From a virus (lineage: Duplodnaviria; Heunggongvirae; Uroviricota; Caudoviricetes), in the IMG/VR virus record IMGVR_UViG_3300046506_000279: a stretch of DNA of 11,463 nt; one strand, given 5' to 3'. The notes beneath the pieces were generated by a model. It had not been told where the DNA came from and did not search any database. It saw only the letters and a program-made list of their open reading frames with translations. Both the position numbers and the translations under genes were made by a program. Position 1 is the stretch's first letter. Each line of letters starts with the position of its first letter. Shown here piece by piece: positions 7,292 through 11,463 of the stretch.

Positions 7292-7587
7292 ATCACGCAG
7301 CACAGGGCACGGACGCCGCAGCAGTGCTGGAACAGCAGCGCGAACTCAACCGGGCGGCGCTCAAGGCCTTGAGCCTGGCGCTGGGCAATACGATGGCCGA
7401 GGCGGTGGTCCACTCGCCGCTCAGTCCACGCGGCGTGATGTATTGCGCGGCCATCGCGCTGCGCGCGTTCACCACCGGGGCGCGCGCGGTCGAAGGCTGG
7501 ACTGTGGAACAGGCCGAAGCCTACCTGGCCGAGGCGCTGGCCGATGCCAGGGCCGATCTGGCCAAATCGGACGCGCCCGCCGCATGA
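7288..7587 (+). CDS. Hypothetical alpha-helical protein (99 aa)
   Basis: GAGGA SD, ATGA overlaps at both ends, GC3 bias. Confidence 0.8.
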   Translation: MNHAAQGTDAAAVLEQQRELNRAALKALSLALGNTMAEAVVHSPLSPRGVMYCAAIALRAFTTGARAVEGWTVEQAEAYLAEALADARADLAKSDAPAA

Positions 7588-8105
7588 ACGGGGTCGAAAC
7601 ACTGCCGCTGGGGGCGCTGCTGGCGGCAATCCGCGCCGAATGCCTGGGGTCGTGGCCGGGGGCCACCGGCGAACGGCGCGCCGATGGGGTGCGGGCGCTG
7701 CTGGACAGGGTGCTGCCGGAATACGCCAGCGCGCTGGGGCTGACCCAGCAAGCGGTGCTGCAGGCGATCGAGCAGCGGCGCGATTATTCGGCCGTCAATT
7801 ACTACCAGGAGGGGAATTTCCCGCCGCTGGACGGGGTGCTGCTGTTTGGCACCGTGGCCAAGTTCAAGCACATGTTCCCGTCCGGGCGCTACCGCTGCCC
7901 GGCCTGCGACGGGGTGTCGTCCGATCCGTATGCCTGCAATGCCGGCACGGTGCGCGATGGCGAGGCGTGCGACTGGAAGGCCTACGGCTTGTTCCGCACG
8001 CTGGGCAAGGGCTTGCGGGTGATCATTACCGACAACTTCCTGACTTGTCCGGTGGTGCAGGACATCTTCATGCCGGTCGAGCGGGCTGGCGGGGGTGCGG
8101 CATGA
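7584..8105 (+). CDS. Hypothetical protein with putative Zn-binding Cys cluster (173 aa)
   Basis: True start ATG 7584 (ATGA overlap); C-x2-C-x9-C-x10-C motif (RCPACDGVSSDPYACNAGTVRDGEACDWKAYGLF). Confidence 0.8.
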   Translation: MNGVETLPLGALLAAIRAECLGSWPGATGERRADGVRALLDRVLPEYASALGLTQQAVLQAIEQRRDYSAVNYYQEGNFPPLDGVLLFGTVAKFKHMFPSGRYRCPACDGVSSDPYACNAGTVRDGEACDWKAYGLFRTLGKGLRVIITDNFLTCPVVQDIFMPVERAGGGAA

Positions 8106-8245
8106 GCGGCGCTGCTGCCAAGGCGCTGGCCTCGCTGGCCGCCAGCGCCGGCTGCGCCGCGATCGCGTGGGCCGCGCCGCCAGTGGCGATGCTGGTGGTA
8201 ATCGCGCTGCCGGTGTCCCTGTATGTGATCTGGCGCAACGCATGA
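8102..8245 (+). CDS. Small hydrophobic, probably membrane, protein (47 aa)
   Basis: ATGA overlap at 8102-8105. MSGAAAKALASLAASAGCAAIAWAAPPVAMLVVIALPVSLYVIWRNA is almost entirely apolar with a C-terminal W-R anchor. It is the C-terminal part of ORF-track entry 7544..8245. Confidence 0.7.
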   Translation: MSGAAAKALASLAASAGCAAIAWAAPPVAMLVVIALPVSLYVIWRNA

Positions 8246-8262
8246 TGGGCGCGGGAACATGA
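8242..8262 (+). other. 6-codon mini-ORF (MMGAGT*) overlapping both neighbours by ATGA
   Basis: ATG ATG GGC GCG GGA ACA TGA: start overlaps the stop at 8243-8245, and its stop (8260-8262) overlaps the ATG at 8259. Confidence 0.5.
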
Positions 8263-8780
8263 ACGATTGGCAACGGCAGTTCGCGCTCGGCGCGCAGATC
8301 AAGGAATTTCGGATCGAGCGCGGGCTGACCCAGCAACAATTGGCCACTGCGGTCGGACTCGAGCGCACCAGCATCACCAACATCGAAGGCGGCAACCAAC
8401 GGGTGGCGGTCGACATGCTGTATGCGATCGGGGCCGCGCTCGGGTACCAGGTCACGGTGGGGTTCGAAGCGCTGGCCGGGTGGCAGCCCGGCACGCGCGG
8501 CCAGCGGCAGCCGGATGCGGATGATGTCGAGCGCGTGGCGCCGTGGCCCGACTTCGCCGGCCAGCCGATCCATGTCGGCGCTGTGCTGCGCCATCCGTCG
8601 GGCGAACAGGGCACCGTGGTGTTCCTGGCCGCGGCACTCGATCCCGGCGACCAGTGGCGCATCGATTACGGCGCGGCCGGGGTGTCGCGGCTGTGCCTGC
8701 AAATCGGCGACAAGGGGCGGGCGGTGGTGGTGGCCGGGCCAGTGAATGTGAATCAATCTGAGAAAGCGGAAACCCCATGA
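8259..8780 (+). CDS. XRE/Cro-C1-type HTH protein fused to a C-terminal small beta-rich domain (173 aa)
   Basis: LGAQIKEFRIERGLTQQQLATAVGLERTSITNIEGGNQRVAVDMLYAIGAALG is a canonical HTH_3 pattern. C-terminal PWPDFAGQPIHVGAVLRHPSGEQGTVVF...WRIDYG...RLCLQIGDKGRAVVV looks like an SH3-like barrel. Confidence 0.88.
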   Translation: MNDWQRQFALGAQIKEFRIERGLTQQQLATAVGLERTSITNIEGGNQRVAVDMLYAIGAALGYQVTVGFEALAGWQPGTRGQRQPDADDVERVAPWPDFAGQPIHVGAVLRHPSGEQGTVVFLAAALDPGDQWRIDYGAAGVSRLCLQIGDKGRAVVVAGPVNVNQSEKAETP

Positions 8781-9007
8781 TTAAAGCGCGCGCCGGCAAC
8801 GTCGTCATTCTCGGGCTCGAAGCCCGCAACGTCGAGTTGCTGAAGGAGGGCAAGCCGATGTACATCAAGCTGGCCGAACTGGGCCTGCCGGATATCGGCA
8901 TTGTCATCATGTACGGCGATACCCCGGACCAGATCGTGGCGCGGATCGAGTCCACCACCGGCTTGAAGGTGCCGGAAATTGATCCGGTCAACGAGCTGCC
9001 GGTATGA
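8777..9007 (+). CDS. Hypothetical protein (76 aa)
   Basis: ATGA overlaps at both ends, GC3 bias, alpha/beta globular composition. Confidence 0.8.
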   Translation: MIKARAGNVVILGLEARNVELLKEGKPMYIKLAELGLPDIGIVIMYGDTPDQIVARIESTTGLKVPEIDPVNELPV

Positions 9008-9276
9008 GTACCGCGCTGGCCGCCCTGCGCCCGGCCTTGCTGATGCGGCTGCAGTTCATCGAATCCCTGCTCGCCCACTACGGCCACCTCAACCGCAGCG
9101 TGCTGATGGATTTCTTTGCGCTGTCGGCACCGCAGGCCACGCGCGATTTCCGCGTGTACCTGGAACTGGCGCCGGGCAATGCGGTGTACGATCCGGCGGC
9201 GCGGGTGTATCTGCGCGGGGGCGGGTTTGCGCGCCTGTGGCCGGTCGGCGATCAATCTGAACAAGGAACACCATGA
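9004..9276 (+). CDS. Stand-alone winged-HTH protein resembling the N-terminal DNA-binding domain of CapW/BrxR-type WYL repressors (90 aa)
   Basis: RLQFIESLLAHYGHLNRSVLMDFFALSAPQATRDFRVYLELAPGNAVYDPAARVYLRGGGF matches from memory the pattern RLxFI...GxxNRxxLMxxFxxSxPQAxxD...Y...APxNxxYD...xY of CapW-type wHTH domains. The ORF ends before any WYL domain. Confidence 0.75.
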   Translation: MSTALAALRPALLMRLQFIESLLAHYGHLNRSVLMDFFALSAPQATRDFRVYLELAPGNAVYDPAARVYLRGGGFARLWPVGDQSEQGTP

Positions 9277-9509
9277 GTCACGGACCCATTGAAGAACAGC
9301 ACCACCAGATGATGAACGCGGTCGCCGCAGTCTTGCGCGATGCGTTCAAGGGCTACGGCTTCTGCCTGCTGGTGTACGACCAGGACAGCAGCGACGGGCG
9401 CATGAACTACGTCTGCAATTCACGGCGCGAAGACATGATCGTCGCCATGAAGGAATTCATCGCCCACCACGAAGGGCGGGTACCAGCGGCACCGACGGCG
9501 CGCCAGTAA
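9273..9509 (+). CDS. Phage hypothetical protein (78 aa)
   Basis: AAGGA SD, ATGA overlap; GFCLLVY...GRMNYVCNSRREDMIVAMKEFI pattern that I recall from small phage proteins. Confidence 0.8.
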   Translation: MSHGPIEEQHHQMMNAVAAVLRDAFKGYGFCLLVYDQDSSDGRMNYVCNSRREDMIVAMKEFIAHHEGRVPAAPTARQ

Positions 9510-9526
9510 GCGCTGCGCGTGGCGAC

Positions 9527-9555
9527 TTGACCGCCGGCACGGCTTGGCGGATACT
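9527..9555 (+). promoter_or_regulatory. Sigma70-like promoter P2 (TTGACC-N17-GATACT)
   Basis: -35 TTGACC 9527-9532, 17-bp spacer, -10 GATACT 9550-9555 (the same -10 hexamer as lambda pL); same -35 hexamer as P1. Confidence 0.65.
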
Positions 9556-9560
9556 GGCTG

Positions 9561-9645
9561 GGCTCACTTTCAGGTGCGGCACCCCTAGTCTTAGTAGTAA
9601 CTGCATTGGCCCGGCACAATACCCTTGTGCCGGGCCTTTTTTTTT
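9561..9645 (+). ncRNA. Candidate ~85-nt small RNA
   Basis: Lies between P2 and the intrinsic terminator; no SD-preceded ORF; contains small stems (GGTG-CGG-CACC) and an A/U-rich single-stranded stretch CTAGTCTTAGTAGTAACT. Confidence 0.5.
9608..9645 (+). terminator. Rho-independent terminator
   Basis: Perfect 12-bp stem GGCCCGGCACAA / TTGTGCCGGGCC, 5-nt loop TACCC, followed by T9. There is no U-tract on the minus-strand side. Confidence 0.95.
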
Positions 9646-9647
9646 GG

Positions 9648-9986
9648 CTACAGCTGCAGCGCGCGGATCGCCGCCTGCACGTCGCCCGTCGCCAGGCTCA
9701 GGCGCTCGTTGAGGTCGTCGAGCTGGCACGCCAGCAGCACCTTGGCGGCCACGCCGTTGGCGCCGGCCTTCGCTTGCTCGCCCGGTTCCAGTTGGCCCGT
9801 CACCGGCTCGAGCCGGCGCAGCAGCATGGCCACGGTTTCGACGTGGAAGTCGAGCGCGTTGCGCAGGTGCTCGAGCGCGGCGTCGACCTGCAGCGGGACG
9901 GTGGCGTCGATGCCGGGCGCCATGGCGCTCTGGGCGGCGAGGTAGGCGCGGGTGGTCGGTGGGTGTTGGCGGTCAGGCAGGTGCAT
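9648..9986 (-). CDS. Hypothetical helical-hairpin/coiled-coil protein (112 aa)
   Basis: GGAGA SD 6 nt before ATG; heptad-like Leu pattern in two helices; stop is 2 nt from the terminator T-tract. Confidence 0.8.
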   Translation of the reverse strand: MHLPDRQHPPTTRAYLAAQSAMAPGIDATVPLQVDAALEHLRNALDFHVETVAMLLRRLEPVTGQLEPGEQAKAGANGVAAKVLLACQLDDLNERLSLATGDVQAAIRALQL

Positions 9987-9998
9987 GGTGGTTCTCCG

Positions 9999-10027
9999 GT
10001 GAAGGTCGTGGGGGCCGGCGCCTTCAC
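9999..10027 (-). other. Intergenic hairpin immediately upstream of an SD
   Basis: GTGAAGG (9999-10005) / CCTTCAC (10021-10027) inverted repeat; on the minus strand the stem ends one base before GGAGA. No U-tract. Confidence 0.45.
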
Positions 10028-10052
10028 AGGCTTGCGGGAAACTGTTGGCGGG

Positions 10053-10637
10053 TCAGGCGGCCACCGGCAGCAGCAGCAGCGCCCAGAAACCCAGGCTGTA
10101 GCTGCCGCTGCCGTCATTGCCGGCGTGCAGGGTCAGCGCGTAGTCGCCGGCCTCCAATCTGAACGTGTCGCTGGCCAGGTAGGAATCGGCGTAGCCGCCG
10201 CGCATGCTGTTGCTTTGGGATAGCAGCACCACGCCGGTGCCGTTGTGGACTTCGATGCGGGTGTTGCCGCTGGCGGTGCCCACCGCCTGCCAGTGGGCCA
10301 GCGCCTGGAAGCTGGCGGCGCGGTCGAGGGAGAGGTTGATGTTGGTCAGGGCGTCCGACAGCGAGCCGGGGCCGAACGGGCCGCCGCCAAAGCCGTGCGC
10401 GTAGCGGGCCAGCAGGCGCGGGGCGGTGCCGGGGGCGCTGGCGTTGTCGGCGCGTACCGCAGCCAGCGCCTGGCGGGTGGTGATGAAGGCTTCGCTGCCG
10501 GAACCGGCCAGGTTGTTGCGCACGTTGTGGGTCGAGACCAGCGCGCGCAGCACGTCGCGCACGCCGGGGTCGGCGATGGCGTCGAGGGCAGCCAGCGGGA
10601 TGCCGGGGATGATCTTGCCGGTTTGGTCTAGGGCCAT
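10053..10637 (-). CDS. Probable tail-associated protein (194 aa)
   Basis: ATG 10637 overlaps the methyltransferase TGA (TGATG). N-terminus IPGIPLAALDAIADPGVRDVLRALVSTHNVRNNLAGSGSEAFIT resembles from memory the N-terminal segment of tail fibre/tip proteins of related phages; C-terminal half is beta-sandwich-like. The product call is tentative. Confidence 0.65.
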   Translation of the reverse strand: MALDQTGKIIPGIPLAALDAIADPGVRDVLRALVSTHNVRNNLAGSGSEAFITTRQALAAVRADNASAPGTAPRLLARYAHGFGGGPFGPGSLSDALTNINLSLDRAASFQALAHWQAVGTASGNTRIEVHNGTGVVLLSQSNSMRGGYADSYLASDTFRLEAGDYALTLHAGNDGSGSYSLGFWALLLLPVAA

Positions 10638-11463
10638 CAACTTGCCTCGGTCAGGTGCGGCGGCGCCGCGAACAGGTCGAGCTGGGGCGCGGCCACCTTG
10701 GCCGCTTCGGCGCGCGCCGTGGCCTTGGCCTGCTCGCTGGCGATGCGGGCCTCGGCAATCGCCAGGTAGTCGGGCGACAGTTCGGCGCCGATGAAGCGAA
10801 AGCCTTCGCGCATGGCGGCCTTGCCGGTGCTGCCCGAACCCATGAAGGGGTCCAGCACCACGCCGCCCGGGGGCGTCACCAGCCGCACCAGGTAGGCCAT
10901 CAGGTCGGTAGGCTTGACGGTGGGGTGGGTGTTGGCGCGTTCGGTGTTGGTCCGTTCGCCTTCGGTTCGCCCTTCGCGCGCGTCAACCGACGTTTTCAGG
11001 CCGTACTGTTGCGATACGCCTACGACCGGCATATTCTCGCAGCCCTCGTTACGGTCGCTTTTGCTGGCCTTGGCGCAGTAGAAGAAGCGGGCGGCGCTGC
11101 CGCTGTCGTCATAGAACTGGCCCGGCACGCGGCCCGCGAACTTGCCATAGATCGCGTCAGTCACGCTGCTTGGCTCGGTGCCGCGTACCGGGGCGCTGGC
11201 GCCCGCATTGGCCGGGAACAGGGCCACCACTTCGGCGCTGCCGTCGTGGATCAGGTTCGCGGGCCAGCGGCCGGCCAGGTCAGGCGTTACAACGCGGCGC
11301 TCTGGCTCATGGGCGATGATGTTGCCGCCATTGCCCCCGTTGATGTGCGAGCGCAGGTGCGGGTTCAGCGCTAAATTTCCATCGCCCACGGTGACGTGCG
11401 CCACCCGACAGCCGTCAATATTGAGCGCCCCGGTGCCGTGGGCCAGCACGTTGGCGGCCACGG
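10637..11463 (-). CDS. Site-specific DNA methyltransferase (N6-adenine/N4-cytosine, beta class), 5' part outside window
   Basis: VAANVLAHGTGALNIDGCRV, GRWPANLIHDGS, AARFFYCAKASKSDR, HPTVKPTDLMAYLVRLVTPPGGVVLDPFMGSGSTGKAA..EGFRFIGAE: motif X and motif I (FxGxG) at the C-terminus, the beta-class order. The GTG at 11461 is internal; catalytic motif IV must be upstream of the window. Confidence 0.93.
   Translation of the reverse strand, partial: VAANVLAHGTGALNIDGCRVAHVTVGDGNLALNPHLRSHINGGNGGNIIAHEPERRVVTPDLAGRWPANLIHDGSAEVVALFPANAGASAPVRGTEPSSVTDAIYGKFAGRVPGQFYDDSGSAARFFYCAKASKSDRNEGCENMPVVGVSQQYGLKTSVDAREGRTEGERTNTERANTHPTVKPTDLMAYLVRLVTPPGGVVLDPFMGSGSTGKAAMREGFRFIGAELSPDYLAIAEARIASEQAKATARAEAAKVAAPQLDLFAAPPHLTEAS

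Larger units (their letters stand above)
1..11463. mobile_element. Phage/prophage segment (virion ejection/tail module with inserted accessory cassette and DNA methyltransferase)
   Basis: Tightly packed genes with ATGA/TGATG overlaps, Ala/Gly-rich pilot/ejection-like proteins, a lytic transglycosylase domain in a very large protein, an orphan-type methyltransferase and many small hypothetical ORFs; no housekeeping genes. No att site, integrase or phage end is visible in the window. Confidence 0.9.

Noticed and set aside
8143-8155. Lipoprotein signal (SAGC) in the 47-aa protein
   Set aside because: The -3 residue is Ser rather than Leu/Val/Ile, and the region after the Cys is itself a TM-like helix; not supportable.
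7215-8245. Long versions of ORFs 7215..8105 and 7544..8245
   Set aside because: N-terminal extensions overlap other genes out of frame; ATGA-coupled starts at 7584 and 8102 are preferred.
7521-9264. Minus-strand ORFs 7521..8756, 7982..8662, 8452..9264
   Set aside because: Antisense to a coherent, coupled + strand operon; low-complexity Arg/Pro/Ala content.
9561-9607. sRNA body as a CRISPR repeat or tRNA fragment
   Set aside because: Only a few bases (TCTTAG) resemble remembered repeat ends; there is no repeat-spacer periodicity or cloverleaf anywhere in the window.
10940-11050. AT-richer codons in the methyltransferase variable region suggesting a swapped specificity segment
   Set aside because: Only ~35 codons, too short to distinguish from noise without homologues.
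10655-11374. 239-aa + strand ORF
   Set aside because: Antisense shadow of the methyltransferase.

Overview
GC-rich segment of a tailed phage or prophage. It is most consistent with a podovirus-type virion module of a proteobacterial phage; the host taxon cannot be determined from the sequence. Minus strand, in transcription order (right to left): the C-terminal part of a beta-class DNA methyltransferase ending in a QLDLF clamp-binding-like motif, a 194-aa probable tail-associated protein, and a 112-aa helical protein. After an interruption come a 2OG-Fe(II) Asp/Asn-beta-hydroxylase-family gene, a 4-His cupin, and four probable internal-virion/ejection genes (231, 116, 715 and >856 aa). The >856-aa ORF is absent from the supplied ORF track because it runs off the left edge; it has an N-terminal lytic transglycosylase domain bracketed by an in-frame direct repeat. 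The interruption is an oppositely oriented ~2.9-kb cassette (about 6800-9645). It has its own sigma70-like promoter overlapped by two inverted repeats and eight small genes plus a 6-codon mini-ORF, all chained by ATGA overlaps. These include an XRE-HTH fusion and a stand-alone CapW/BrxR-like winged-helix protein with no WYL domain. The cassette ends with a second sigma70-like promoter ~50 bp upstream of a strong intrinsic terminator, which defines a candidate ~85-nt non-coding RNA. It is the best candidate for an undescribed, self-regulated anti-defence or host-takeover system. Family assignments come from motif recognition only; no database searches were run.
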